Positions 28,754-38,695 of a DNA stretch of 64,000 nt are shown piece by piece (position 1 is the stretch's first letter; each line of letters starts with the position of its first letter). Source of the DNA: Dehalococcoidia bacterium. GTDB lineage: Bacteria; Chloroflexota; Dehalococcoidia; UBA2979. The notes beneath the pieces were generated by a model. The model had not been told where the DNA came from. It worked only from the letters and a program-made list of their open reading frames with translations, and did no database searches. A program made the translations under genes and the position numbers. The stretch covers positions 544,001 through 608,000 of the forward strand of contig OZ253555.1 in the NCBI GenBank assembly GCA_965262725.1, written 5' to 3'.

Positions 28754-29182
28754 CTACCCCTCGTGCCGAAGCTGCTCGACCCGCCGCAGCACGGCCGTCA
28801 GGAATCCGGACTCGCACGCACGCCCGAGGGTGTTCTCGACGAAGCGGGCCTGGCGGATCACGACCGTGAGGAGCCGCGCGAGGTCGAGCGCGGTCGCCTC
28901 CTCGATCGCCCGGCGGTCACTCCCCAGCCGCCGCGCCTCCGGTGTGTCCTTCCACACGGGCCAGTCAAAGCCGGGGAGCACCCAGCCGTCGCGGTAGGCC
29001 ACGTCGTGGAACCGCTGAAGCGTGTCCGAGTACGAATACCAGGGCATCGTGAAGACGCCGGGCTCCTTCTCCTCTCCCCCCTCCCGGCTCCCGCACGAAA
29101 AGTCGGGGGCCTCGAAGGCGGGAAGGAGGGAGGCGAGGCCGTCAAGCTTTGGTTCGACCCACTCGGCCGGCTGATCGGTCAT
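28754..29182 (-). CDS. DUF6508-like protein
   Basis: FDWPVW..., LLTVVIRQARF.E..L....ESG pattern. Confidence 0.65.
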   Translation of the reverse strand: MTDQPAEWVEPKLDGLASLLPAFEAPDFSCGSREGGEEKEPGVFTMPWYSYSDTLQRFHDVAYRDGWVLPGFDWPVWKDTPEARRLGSDRRAIEEATALDLARLLTVVIRQARFVENTLGRACESGFLTAVLRRVEQLRHEG

Positions 29183-29556
29183 GGGGACCCCTCTTCCGGT
29201 GCCGCCCGTCGCGTCGTGCGACGTTGCGGCGGTTGCCGCTCGGGGCCGCGCCGTCCGCTCCATCCATCGTAGCGGCGGGGCTTGACCGGAACAGAACACC
29301 CGTTCTACTATGCGCACACGTTGCCCCGGGGAGGAGAGGAGGATCGGCGCCGTCGGCGACCGGTGGATTGCCCGGGCAGTGGCTCGGGGCTACGCTGATC
29401 GCCGATCCACAGAGCCATCCACGCCGGTCACGATGCGGGGCATCCGATGCACCCGCCGAATGTTGACACGGCGGTGGATAAGGGAGCTTTCGGTGCCGGG
29501 GCCCCACCTACCGTGGGCTGCGTCCCGGCTCCGATATGCCGAGAGGGTGAGTCGAG

Positions 29557-30189
29557 GTGAAGGTCGTTTTTCTGGAAACCGTGGAGGGGTCCGGCACCAT
29601 GGGCGAGGTGAAGACTGTCGCCAATGGATTCGCCCGGAACTTCCTGTTGCCGCGCGGCCTAGCCGCACCGGCGACCGCCGCCCTCCTCGAGCGGGCTCAC
29701 GAGCTCGCCCGCGAGGAGGAGAGGCGCCAGCAGGCCCAGGACGAGAGTGCCGAGGGGCTGGCTAGCCGGCTCAGAGGGCACCCGCTCGTCATGGCCGTTC
29801 GCGTCGGCGAACAGGGGAGGCTGTACGGATCGGTTACCAGTGCCGACCTCGCCGAGAAGGCTGGGGAGATTCTCGGCGAGGAACTGGACCGCCGTCGCGT
29901 CCTCTTGCCCGAGGTGATTCGGAGCGTGGGGGTGTACTCCGTGCCGCTCCGGCTGTCACGTAACGTGATGCCGGAGGTGCAGGTGGTGGTGGTGGACGCC
30001 GAGGCGCCGGAAGGCGTTGAGGCCGCCGCCGAGGCGATGCTCCACATCGCCTCTGTGGCAGCCGATGAGGCCGAGGCCGCCGCCGACCAGGACGAGCCCT
30101 CCGTGGAGACGCCGATCGCCGACGGCGTATCGGAGCCGGGGACATCCGACGATGCCGCGCCCGCGGCGCAGGCGGGCGATTCGAGCTAA
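29557..30189 (+). CDS. rplI: 50S ribosomal protein L9 with acidic C-terminal tail
   Basis: MKVVFL...G..GEVK.V..GFARNFLLP; GRLYGSVT. Confidence 0.95.
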   Translation: MKVVFLETVEGSGTMGEVKTVANGFARNFLLPRGLAAPATAALLERAHELAREEERRQQAQDESAEGLASRLRGHPLVMAVRVGEQGRLYGSVTSADLAEKAGEILGEELDRRRVLLPEVIRSVGVYSVPLRLSRNVMPEVQVVVVDAEAPEGVEAAAEAMLHIASVAADEAEAAADQDEPSVETPIADGVSEPGTSDDAAPAAQAGDSS

Positions 30190-30192
30190 CCC

Positions 30193-31635
30193 GTGGTCAC
30201 GGAGCGACGTCCGCCAGCGCTGTGGCCGGACGCAGAGACCCGCTCCGCGAGCGGGTTGCCTCCGCATGACATCGACGCCGAGGAGGCCGTGATCGCGGCG
30301 CTCCTGCTCGACGACAGCGCCTACGCCCGCGTGCTCCCGATAGTGCAGCCGGGGGACTTCTTCCGCGAGCAGAATCGCTGGTGCTACGAGGCGGCGCAGG
30401 CGCTCGCCGGGCGCTCCGAGTCCGTCACCCTGACCACGCTGGCGCACGAGCTCGAGCGCGACGGCCGCCTCGACTCCGTGGGCGGCGAGCCCTACCTGTC
30501 TGAGATCCAGGGGAAGCACTTCACGGCGCTCGGCGTGGAGGCGCACGCGCGCATCATCGCCCGCGACGCGCTCTATCGCCGGTTGATCCAGGCCGCGTCG
30601 CAGATCGCCCAGAGGGCCTACGACGGCGGCCCCGACGTGGCCCGCGTCCTGGTCGAGGCGGAGACACTCCTGCTCGCAGTGCGCTCGGCGGAGGCGTCGG
30701 GCGACTTCGTGCGCCTCCGCGAGCTGCTCGACCAGTTCCTGGAGGACGCCGGCGAGCAGGTCGAGGGCCAGCTCGTCGAGGGCGTGCGCTCCGGCTTCAT
30801 GGATCTCGACGAGCTGCTCGGCGGCTTCAAGCGCGGCGACCTCGTCATCCTCGCGGCGCGGACCGGGGTGGGGAAGTCGGCGCTGCTCCTCAACTTCGCG
30901 CGCAACGCAGCCGTCGGGCAGCACGCGACGGTCGCGCTCTTCTCCCTCGAGATGTCGGGCGAGCAGCTCGCGGCACGGCTGCTCTCGGCCGAGGCCGGCG
31001 TGACCTCGACGCGCCTTCGTCTCGGCACGCACACCGAGCGCGAGGAGGCGTCGATCATGCACGCGTTCGGCGTGCTCGGTGAAGCCGCCGTCTACATCGA
31101 CGACTCGCCGATGCTCTCCGTCCCCGAGATCCGCGCGAAGCTCAGGCGTCTGCAGGCCGACGGCGGCCTCGACCTCGTCGTCGTCGACTACCTGCAGCTC
31201 CTGCATGGCAGCGGCCGCGCCGACACGCGCGCCGGCGAGATCAGCCAGATCTCGCGGACGCTGAAGGAGATGGCGCGCGAGCTGAAGGTGCCGGTGATCG
31301 CGGCCGCGCAGCTCTCGCGCGCGGTCGAGCAGCGCACGCCGCACATCCCGATGCTCTCCGACCTGCGCGAGTCGGGCTCCATCGAGCAGGACGCCGACGT
31401 CGTGATGTTCATTTATCGTGAGGACGTCTACATGAAGCCCGAGGAGTGGCAGCGCCAGCACCCGGAGGCGCCCGGGAGCCAGCACCCCTCCGGCCTCGCG
31501 CAGATCATCGTGGCGAAGCACCGCAACGGCCCGATGGGTTCCGTCTCAGTGCGCTTCGTCGACCGCACCGCCTCCTTCCAGGATCTGCTGCTCCGGGGGG
31601 AGGAGCCGCCTGGAGGCGGCGGTGCCGCGTGGTGA
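30193..31635 (+). CDS. dnaB: replicative DNA helicase
   Basis: PPHDIDAE, ARTGVGKS, FSLEM, DYLQL, SDLRESGSIEQDAD, AKHRNGP. Confidence 0.96.
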   Translation: MVTERRPPALWPDAETRSASGLPPHDIDAEEAVIAALLLDDSAYARVLPIVQPGDFFREQNRWCYEAAQALAGRSESVTLTTLAHELERDGRLDSVGGEPYLSEIQGKHFTALGVEAHARIIARDALYRRLIQAASQIAQRAYDGGPDVARVLVEAETLLLAVRSAEASGDFVRLRELLDQFLEDAGEQVEGQLVEGVRSGFMDLDELLGGFKRGDLVILAARTGVGKSALLLNFARNAAVGQHATVALFSLEMSGEQLAARLLSAEAGVTSTRLRLGTHTEREEASIMHAFGVLGEAAVYIDDSPMLSVPEIRAKLRRLQADGGLDLVVVDYLQLLHGSGRADTRAGEISQISRTLKEMARELKVPVIAAAQLSRAVEQRTPHIPMLSDLRESGSIEQDADVVMFIYREDVYMKPEEWQRQHPEAPGSQHPSGLAQIIVAKHRNGPMGSVSVRFVDRTASFQDLLLRGEEPPGGGGAAW

Positions 31636-32450
31636 ACGCTCGCCCCTCCCGTGCCGCCCCCGGAGGCGGCGGCGCCGCGCGGGAGGCGCGCGAGGTGCGC
31701 GGCGGGGCGGCCTCCGTCCCGCGCTTCCCGGGCTTCACGACCGGGGGTGCGACCGTCGCGCTGCCGCGCGAGCTCTTCGTCGACCTGCTGCCTGCCATTG
31801 AGGATGAGGGCGAGCTCCGCGCGACCCTCTACGCGCTGGCGGCGGCCTTGCGGCCGGGGCCCGTGCGCGGCGTGAGGCGATCGCAGCTGCTCCGGGAGCG
31901 CCCGCTCCTGCGCCAGTTCGAGCGCCTGGCGCCGGGTGAGGCTCAGGCCGGGGCCGCGGCCGCGCTCTCGCGCGCCGCAGAGCGCGGCTCGCTGCTCGCC
32001 GTCGAGCTCGGAGACGGCGATCTGCTCTACCTCATGAACTCTCAGGCCGGAGGCAGGCAGCGGGACCGCCTGCTCGCCGGCGTCCTCGCTCCGCCGCCTG
32101 CGCCGAGCGGGTGGCGGCCGGGCGCCGGGGACCGACGAGCGGCGGCCGCCGCGGCCGCGGCGGTGACGACTCCCGGCGGCGCGGCGGCGCTCTACGAGAA
32201 CGAGATCGGGCTCATTACGCCCGCCGTGGCGGAGGCGCTCTCCGCGGCCGAGGCCCGGTACCCGGAGGGCTGGATCGAGGATGCCCTGCGGCTGGCGGCG
32301 CTCCACAACGCGCGGTCGTGGGCGTACGCGGAGGCGGTCCTGCGGCGCTGGGAGGTCGAGGGCCGCGGGAAGGAGGGACTCGATGCGGACTCTGAGCGAG
32401 ATCCTGGGGACGACCCCTACCGACGAGTCGTCCGCCGCTCCTGGCCCTGA
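31632..32450 (+). CDS. DnaD-domain replication protein (start uncertain)
   Basis: LYENEIG.ITP, YPEGWIEDA...A...NARSWAY..AVL.RW DnaD-like motif. Confidence 0.8.
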   Translation: MNARPSRAAPGGGGAAREAREVRGGAASVPRFPGFTTGGATVALPRELFVDLLPAIEDEGELRATLYALAAALRPGPVRGVRRSQLLRERPLLRQFERLAPGEAQAGAAAALSRAAERGSLLAVELGDGDLLYLMNSQAGGRQRDRLLAGVLAPPPAPSGWRPGAGDRRAAAAAAAAVTTPGGAAALYENEIGLITPAVAEALSAAEARYPEGWIEDALRLAALHNARSWAYAEAVLRRWEVEGRGKEGLDADSERDPGDDPYRRVVRRSWP

Positions 32451-33822
32451 CCGCGCCGCCGCCGCGGAGGCCTCCGGCCCCGCCGACGTCTGCCCGTTCT
32501 GCGACGGCGCCCGCTTCGTTCGGGTGACGTCCGATACCGGACACCCCGCCTTCGGGCGCGCGCAGCCCTGCGCGTGCTCGACGCGCGAGGACGAGCGCGC
32601 CCGAAGGGAGCGGCTGCTGCGCTACTCGCGCCTCGGCGCGCTCGCCCGCCTGAGCTTCGGCACGCTGCTCGAGAGCGGTCGCGCCTCAGACCCGGTGGCG
32701 CGGGAGCGCTACCGCGGCGCCGTGGAGGCGGCGAGGCGCTACGCGGAGCGCCCCGAGGGCTGGCTCGTGCTCACCGGCGCTCCGGGCTGCGGCAAGACGC
32801 ACCTCGCCGCCGCGATCGCCATGCACGCGATCGAGGCGGGGCGGCCGGCGCTCTTTCTGACCGTCGCCGACCTGCTCGATCGCCTGCGCGCCGCCTACGC
32901 CGACGACGCGGAGGTCGGCTACGACGACCTGCTCGCCGAGGTGCGCGACGCCCCGCTGCTCGTGCTCGACGATCTCGATTCCTACGCCGGCACGCCCTGG
33001 GCGCGCGAGAAGTTCTTCCAGATCGTCTCGCATCGCTTCAACGCGGTCGCGCCGACGATCTTCACTTGCGTGAGGCCGCCGACCGAGATCGATCGGCGCC
33101 TGGCGGCGCGCCTGACCGATCCGCAGCTCTCCCAGGTCCTCGACCTCGCGCAGTCGTCTCTCCCGCGCTATGTCGCCGTGGGCGGCATGTCCGAGGAGCG
33201 CCTCGCCTCGATGACCTTCGAGAGCTTTCGACCCGCGGGCCACGGGCTCAGGGGCCAGACACGCAGCAATCTCGAGGGCGCCTTCCGGCTCGCGCACCAG
33301 TGGGCCGAGCAGCCTGACGGCTGGCTGGTCTTGCACGGCGGCCCCGGTTGCGGGAAGACGCACCTCGCCGCGGCGATCGCGAACCACCGCCTCGCCGCCG
33401 GCGACACCGTCTGCTTCGCGACCGTCCCGGACCTGCTCGACGAGCTGCGCGCGGGCTACGCGCCCGAGGCGGACAAGAGCTTCGACGAGCTCTTCCGCCG
33501 GCTGCTCGACGTGACGCTGCTCGCGCTCGACGACCTGGGCGCGCACCACTCGAGCCCCTGGGCTGAGGAGAAGCTCTACCAGCTCCTGAACCACCGCTAC
33601 CTCGGCCGCATGGCGACGGTCGTAACCCGCAACAGCGATCCCGCCGCCCAGGCCCCCGCCGAGCCGCGCCGCGGGCGCGGCCGGCGCACCGCCGCCGGCG
33701 GCGGTGCCGAGCGCGAGGGCGGGGACCTCGAGCCGCGCATCCGCTCCCGGCTCGCCGACCTGCAGGTCGCAACGAACTACGAGATCCTGGCTCCCGACTA
33801 CCGCGTGGGCGGCGTGAGCTGA
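32383..33822 (+). CDS. DnaC/IstB-like helicase loader with two tandem AAA+ domains
   Basis: CPFC...CAC Zn site; Walker A GAPGCGKT and GGPGCGKT; Walker B LVLDDL and LALDDLG. Confidence 0.88.
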   Translation: MRTLSEILGTTPTDESSAAPGPDRAAAAEASGPADVCPFCDGARFVRVTSDTGHPAFGRAQPCACSTREDERARRERLLRYSRLGALARLSFGTLLESGRASDPVARERYRGAVEAARRYAERPEGWLVLTGAPGCGKTHLAAAIAMHAIEAGRPALFLTVADLLDRLRAAYADDAEVGYDDLLAEVRDAPLLVLDDLDSYAGTPWAREKFFQIVSHRFNAVAPTIFTCVRPPTEIDRRLAARLTDPQLSQVLDLAQSSLPRYVAVGGMSEERLASMTFESFRPAGHGLRGQTRSNLEGAFRLAHQWAEQPDGWLVLHGGPGCGKTHLAAAIANHRLAAGDTVCFATVPDLLDELRAGYAPEADKSFDELFRRLLDVTLLALDDLGAHHSSPWAEEKLYQLLNHRYLGRMATVVTRNSDPAAQAPAEPRRGRGRRTAAGGGAEREGGDLEPRIRSRLADLQVATNYEILAPDYRVGGVS

Positions 33823-33836
33823 GGGGAGCGCGCCGC

Positions 33837-34538
33837 CTACGGGCGGGCGGGCGTCCCCTGCTGCCAGAGGGATCCCCCGGGACCCCATTCCCGCTTCCAG
33901 ATCGGCGCCGTCTCCTTCACGCGGTCGACGAGACGGGCCGCGGCCCGGAACGCCTCCTCGCGGTGAGCGGCCGACACCGCCGCCACGATCGCCGGCTCGC
34001 CGACGGCGAGCGTGCCGATCCGGTGGTGCACCGCGACGCCGTGCAGCGGGCATCCGGCGGCCTCCGCCTCTGCGCGCACCTCCTCGATCAGGCGCGCGAT
34101 CTCGCGCTCGGCCATCTCGGAGTATGCCTCGTACTCCAGCCGCTCGACGGCACGCCCCTCGTGGTGATCACGCACGACGCCCTCGAAGACCACCACCGCG
34201 CCCGAGGCGTCGGTGCGGACGAGGTCGCGGAGCGCCCGCGCGTCGAGTGGCTCGGGGGTCACGAGCACGGCGGGCGGCATTGCGCCCGGAGCGCCGCCCG
34301 CGACCGGGGGAATCAGGGCGACGCGATCGCCGTCGTGGAGCACGAGGGCCCCGTCCCGTGCGTACTCCTCATTGACTGCGATCGCGACCCCATCCAGGTG
34401 GGGCCGGAGGGCCGGGTAGCGCTCGGCGAGGCGGGCCCGGAGCTCCTCGAGCGGCACCGTCGTCGCGTCGAAGACCTCGACCACCTCGGCGCCGGCGAGC
34501 TCGCGCAACGCGGCGAAGAGCCGGATGGTGACGTGCAC
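33837..34538 (-). CDS. molybdopterin synthase MoaD-MoaE fusion
   Basis: LFAALRE...AVNEEY...IPPVAGG then GAVVVFEGVVR, LEYEAY, HRIG, PIWKRE. Confidence 0.92.
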   Translation of the reverse strand: MHVTIRLFAALRELAGAEVVEVFDATTVPLEELRARLAERYPALRPHLDGVAIAVNEEYARDGALVLHDGDRVALIPPVAGGAPGAMPPAVLVTPEPLDARALRDLVRTDASGAVVVFEGVVRDHHEGRAVERLEYEAYSEMAEREIARLIEEVRAEAEAAGCPLHGVAVHHRIGTLAVGEPAIVAAVSAAHREEAFRAAARLVDRVKETAPIWKREWGPGGSLWQQGTPARP

Positions 34539-34739
34539 GCGCCTCTCCTCGAATCGCGCCTCTCAGTATAGGAGCGCGGGAGCGGGAATCCGCGGTGGCG
34601 CCGACCGCGCGCTCGGGGTGGATGAAAGCCTCCTGCGGCACCGTTCGGCGCGACCGCGACGCCTCCCTGCGGTACCGTGTGCAGGGCCGCGCCGGAAGGG
34701 TGTCGGCGCTGGCATCTGGTACCAGATGAAGGTGATCCG

Positions 34740-36035
34740 ATGACAGCCACATCGCGCTCCGTGGCCAGGGAGGAAGCTGTCCGGCGCGATCCGGCGCTTC
34801 AGGAGGCCGACCCCGCCGTCGCGGCGGCGATCGGACGCGAGGAGGAGCGACAGCGGACGACCCTCGAGATGATTGCCTCGGAGAATTTCACCTCCCGGGC
34901 GGTGCTCGAGGCGGTCGGGAGCGTCCTCACCAACAAGTACGCCGAGGGGTACCCGGGTCGGCGCTACTACGGCGGCTGCGAGTTCATCGACGAGGTGGAG
35001 ACGCTCGCGCTCGACCGCGCCCGGGCGCTCTTCGGCATGGAGCACGCCAACGTGCAGCCGCACTCCGGCGCGCAGGCCAACCTCGCCGTCTACCAGGGCC
35101 TGCTCGACCCCGGCGATCCGGTGCTCGGGATGGCGCTCGATCAGGGCGGCCACCTCACGCACGGCCACGGCGTCAACGCCTCGGGCAAGCTCTACCGCTT
35201 CGGCTCCTATGGCGTCGACCGCGAGAGCGAGACCATCGACTACGAGGCGATGCGCCGCGCGGCGCAGGAGCTGCGCCCGAAGATCCTGGTGGTGGGGGCG
35301 ACGGCGTACCCCCGCACCATCGACTTCGCCCGCGCGCGTGAGATCGCCGACGAGGTCGGCGCGCTGCTCATGGTCGACATGGCGCACATCGCCGGCCTCA
35401 TCGCCGCGGGAGCGCACCCCTCGCCGGCGGGGATCGCCCAGGTGCTCACGAGCTCCACGCACAAGACGCTCCGCGGCCCCCGGGGCGGCCTGATCCTCTG
35501 CGATCGGGATCTCGCCCGGCGCATCGATCGCGGCGTTTTTCCGGGCCACCAGGGCGGTCCGTTAATGCACGTCGTGGCCGGGAAGGCGGTTGCGCTCGGC
35601 GAGGCGGCGACACCGCAGTTCGCCGCCTATCAGCACCAGACCGTGGAGAACGCGCGGGCGCTCGCGGAGACGCTGTCGGAGGCGGGGCTGCGCCTCGTCT
35701 CGGGCGGCACCGACAACCACCTGATCCTCGTCGACGTGCGGCCGAAGGAGCTGACCGGGCAGGAGGCGGAGAGCGCGCTCGATCGCTGCGGCATCATCGT
35801 CAACAAGAACGCGATCCCCTACGACCCGCTTCCCCCCGCGGTCACCTCGGGCCTGCGCATCGGCACGCCGGCGCTCACCTCGCGCGGCATCGGCCCCCGG
35901 GAGATGCGCCGGGTCGGCGAGCTGATCGCGGCGGTGCTGGAGGCGCCCGGGGACGAGTCCCTCGCCGCGCGCGTCCGCGACGAGGTCTCCGCGATCTGCG
36001 CGGAGCACCCGGCGCCGGGGCTCCCCCCGGCCTAG
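34740..36035 (+). CDS. glyA: serine hydroxymethyltransferase
   Basis: [32 protein letters not shown]. Confidence 0.97.
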   Translation: MTATSRSVAREEAVRRDPALQEADPAVAAAIGREEERQRTTLEMIASENFTSRAVLEAVGSVLTNKYAEGYPGRRYYGGCEFIDEVETLALDRARALFGMEHANVQPHSGAQANLAVYQGLLDPGDPVLGMALDQGGHLTHGHGVNASGKLYRFGSYGVDRESETIDYEAMRRAAQELRPKILVVGATAYPRTIDFARAREIADEVGALLMVDMAHIAGLIAAGAHPSPAGIAQVLTSSTHKTLRGPRGGLILCDRDLARRIDRGVFPGHQGGPLMHVVAGKAVALGEAATPQFAAYQHQTVENARALAETLSEAGLRLVSGGTDNHLILVDVRPKELTGQEAESALDRCGIIVNKNAIPYDPLPPAVTSGLRIGTPALTSRGIGPREMRRVGELIAAVLEAPGDESLAARVRDEVSAICAEHPAPGLPPA

Positions 36036-36197
36036 GACCGCCCCCCGCCCGCGGCCCCCGTGGCGGCCGGCGCGTTGCGGCGCGGCGCCACGGCGCGGCA
36101 TGATGCGTGGCACCCGCCACACGGCGGAGCGTCGCAGCGTCTTCATGTGCATGCGGCAGAGGCCGGGCGCGCCCGGGCCGCGTCAACGGAGGATCCC

Positions 36198-37424
36198 ATG
36201 GACTGGCACGACAACGAGGTGCAGGCGGCGTTTCGCAGCGAGGTGCGGACGCTGATCGAGGAGAAGGTGCCGACTCGCTACAGCGAGATGGCGAAGCGCA
36301 ACCACCGCGAGATGGGGTACCCGTGGCCGCAGGACCGCGCCTCCGGCGAGCCGGAGCGCGAGCAGGCCGCCGCGGAGTGGTTCGAGGCGGTCTCCGAGAA
36401 GGGCTGGATCGCGCCGCACTGGCCGAAGGAGTACGGCGGGGGCGGCTTCACGCCGATGGAGCAGTACATCTACAACGCGGAGCTCGCGACGGCGAACGTC
36501 CCCGCGCCCGGCTCTAACGTCGGCATCGGAATGCTCGGGCCGGCGCTGATCGTGCACGGCACGGATGAGCAGAAGCAGCGCTTCCTGCCCCCGATCCTGA
36601 AGGGCGAGGTCGTCTGGTCGCAGGGCTTCTCGGAGCCCGCGGCCGGCTCCGACCTCGCATCGCTGCAGACGCGGGCGGTACGCGACGGCGACGAGTACGT
36701 GGTGAACGGCCAGAAGATCTGGACCAGCCACGCGCACTACGCGGACTGGGTGCTGCTGCTCACCCGGACGGATCCGCAGGCTCCGAAGCACCGGGGCATC
36801 TCGTTCCTGCTTCTGGACATCCGCTCGCCGGGCGTCTCGGTCCGTCCGATCATCGACATGGCCTGGGGCCACGAGGTGAACGAGACGTTCTACGAGGACG
36901 TGCGCGTCCCGGCCGACCAGATGGTGGGGGAGGAGAACCGCGGCTGGTACGTCGCGATGACCCTGCTCGACAACGAGCGCTCCAACGTGACCGGCGCGAT
37001 CATGATGGGGCGGCAGATCCGGCGCCTCCTCGCCGATGTTCACGGCGCGGGCGCCGCCCGCTCGCGGGTTGACCGCTACGACGCGGTCCGCCAGGAGATC
37101 GCCGAGCGCTACGTCGAGACCGGCGTGATGATGAACTTCTCGCTTCGGATTATCACCATCCAGGCCGCGAACCAGGTGCCGAACTACGAGGCCTCGGTCG
37201 CGAAGATGTTCGGGTCGGAGGCGTCGCAGCGCATCTTCCGCACCGGGATGAAGGCATTCGGGCTCTACGCCAACCTCTGGGACCCGCACGACGCTCTCTC
37301 CCCGATGGAGGCGGCGTTCACCCACGGCTACGTGCGCTCGGTGCCCGGGACGATCGCCGCCGGCAGCTCCGAGATCCAGCGCAACGTGATCGCGACGCGG
37401 GGTCTCGGCCTCCCGCGCGGTTAG
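36198..37424 (+). CDS. acyl-CoA dehydrogenase (FadE26/FadE29-like group)
   Basis: WPKEYGG, QGFSEP.AGSDLASL, NGQKIWTS, IAAGSSEIQRNVIA.RGLGLPR. Confidence 0.92.
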   Translation: MDWHDNEVQAAFRSEVRTLIEEKVPTRYSEMAKRNHREMGYPWPQDRASGEPEREQAAAEWFEAVSEKGWIAPHWPKEYGGGGFTPMEQYIYNAELATANVPAPGSNVGIGMLGPALIVHGTDEQKQRFLPPILKGEVVWSQGFSEPAAGSDLASLQTRAVRDGDEYVVNGQKIWTSHAHYADWVLLLTRTDPQAPKHRGISFLLLDIRSPGVSVRPIIDMAWGHEVNETFYEDVRVPADQMVGEENRGWYVAMTLLDNERSNVTGAIMMGRQIRRLLADVHGAGAARSRVDRYDAVRQEIAERYVETGVMMNFSLRIITIQAANQVPNYEASVAKMFGSEASQRIFRTGMKAFGLYANLWDPHDALSPMEAAFTHGYVRSVPGTIAAGSSEIQRNVIATRGLGLPRG

Positions 37425-37512
37425 GGGCGTCCCGCGGCGGCCGCTGCCCCTGCCGGGCGCCCGCGGCCGCCGCAGGCCCCCGGCGATCCCGGCCCGGGCG
37501 GCGCGCCGGCCG

Positions 37513-37542
37513 TTGACCGAGGGGAAAAGGCGGTCCTAGACT
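37513..37542 (+). promoter_or_regulatory. putative sigma70 promoter of rpsF-ssb-rpsR
   Basis: TTGACC-18 bp-TAGACT. Confidence 0.55.
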
Positions 37543-37559
37543 GATCGTGGCGGCGGGCG

Positions 37560-37676
37560 TGTGACGCTCCCTGCGCCTGCCCGGCTGCTGCGACGCGGCG
37601 CCGGGCAGCGTTGTGTTGGGCGGGTGCGCTGGCGGGGCGTGCCCGCGGTACCCCTTGCCGCGCGTAGGGAGTTTTA
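37560..37676 (+). promoter_or_regulatory. structured rpsF leader (candidate S6:S18 autoregulatory RNA)
   Basis: ctccctgcgc (37567-37576) pairs with gcgtagggag (37662-37671), covering the RBS; CCCC next to the stem. Confidence 0.45.
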
Positions 37677-38633
37677 GTGAACGACTACGAGATGGTGTAC
37701 ATCGTGAACCCCCGGCTCACCTCTGAGGAGGCGGAGCGGGCCACGGCGTGGGTCGACGGACTCATTCGCGATGGCGGCGGCGAGCTGCTCGCCACCGACG
37801 TGTGGGGGAGGCGGCGCCTCGCCTACCCCATCAAGCACCAGTTCGAGGGCACCTACGTCTACAGCACGTTCCGCCTGGATCCCACGGCGACGCGCCGCGT
37901 CGAGTCCGAGCTCACCCTCTCCGAGGACGTGCTCCGGCACCTCATGATTCGTGGCATCGTCGAGGGTGGGAAGCCGGAGCCGCAGTCGGCGCGGGTGATG
38001 GCGGGGGGCCGGCCATACGCCGCGCCGCGCCCTCAGTCGGACGCGCCGGAGGCATCGGCAGCGCCGGAGGCGTCGGACGCACCGGAGGCATCGGCAGCGC
38101 CGGAGGCGTCGGACGCACCGGAGGCATCGGCAGCGCCGGAGGCGTCGGACGCACCGGAGGCATCGGACGCGCCGGACGCACCGGAGGCACCGGAGGCATC
38201 GGACGCGCCGGAGGCACCGGAGGCATCGGACGCGCCGGAGGCACCGGAGGCATCGGACGCGCCGGACGCACCGGAGGCACCGGAGGCGTCGGACGCACCG
38301 GAGGCACCGGACGCGCCGGAGGCACCGGAGGCATCGGACGCGCCGGACGCACCGGAGGCACCGGAGGCGTCGGACGCACCGGAGGCATCGGACGCGCCGG
38401 AGGCACCGGAGGCATCGGACGCGCCGGACGCACCGGAGGCACCGGAGGCGCCGGACGCACCGGAGGCACCGGAGGCGTCGGACGCACCGGAGGCACCGGA
38501 GGCGTCGGCTGCCCTCGCTCCCGAGGCCGAGGCGGTGCCGGATGCCGATCCGCCCGGCCCCTCCGATCTCGGTGAGACGGACGCCGCCGACTCCGAGCCC
38601 GAGGCGAAGCCCGAGCCGGCCGGCGTCGAGTAG
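37677..38633 (+). CDS. rpsF: 30S ribosomal protein S6 with very long acidic repeat tail
   Basis: YEMVYI..P, WGRRRLAYPI, GTYVY, VLRHLM. Confidence 0.95.
   Translation: MNDYEMVYIVNPRLTSEEAERATAWVDGLIRDGGGELLATDVWGRRRLAYPIKHQFEGTYVYSTFRLDPTATRRVESELTLSEDVLRHLMIRGIVEGGKPEPQSARVMAGGRPYAAPRPQSDAPEASAAPEASDAPEASAAPEASDAPEASAAPEASDAPEASDAPDAPEAPEASDAPEAPEASDAPEAPEASDAPDAPEAPEASDAPEAPDAPEAPEASDAPDAPEAPEASDAPEASDAPEAPEASDAPDAPEAPEAPDAPEAPEASDAPEAPEASAALAPEAEAVPDADPPGPSDLGETDAADSEPEAKPEPAGVE
38037..38510 (+). repeat. in-frame 9-bp-unit minisatellite encoding APE/ASD/APD/ASA
   Basis: About 50 units of the GCRYCGGAS type, with higher-order blocks. Confidence 0.95.
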
Positions 38634-38695
38634 GTGCCGCACGCGAGCGCCCGCCGGGGCGCCGACACGCAGCAGCTCCCCAGGGGAGATCGTCG

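Noticed and set aside
29463-29495. TTGACA upstream of rplI
   Set aside because: No convincing -10 hexamer at 16-18 bp spacing
34560-34739. ZTP or glycine riboswitch upstream of glyA
   Set aside because: I could not find the conserved motifs by eye; an Rfam scan would settle it
38037-38510. Possible CRISPR array
   Set aside because: 9-bp in-frame coding units with no unique spacers
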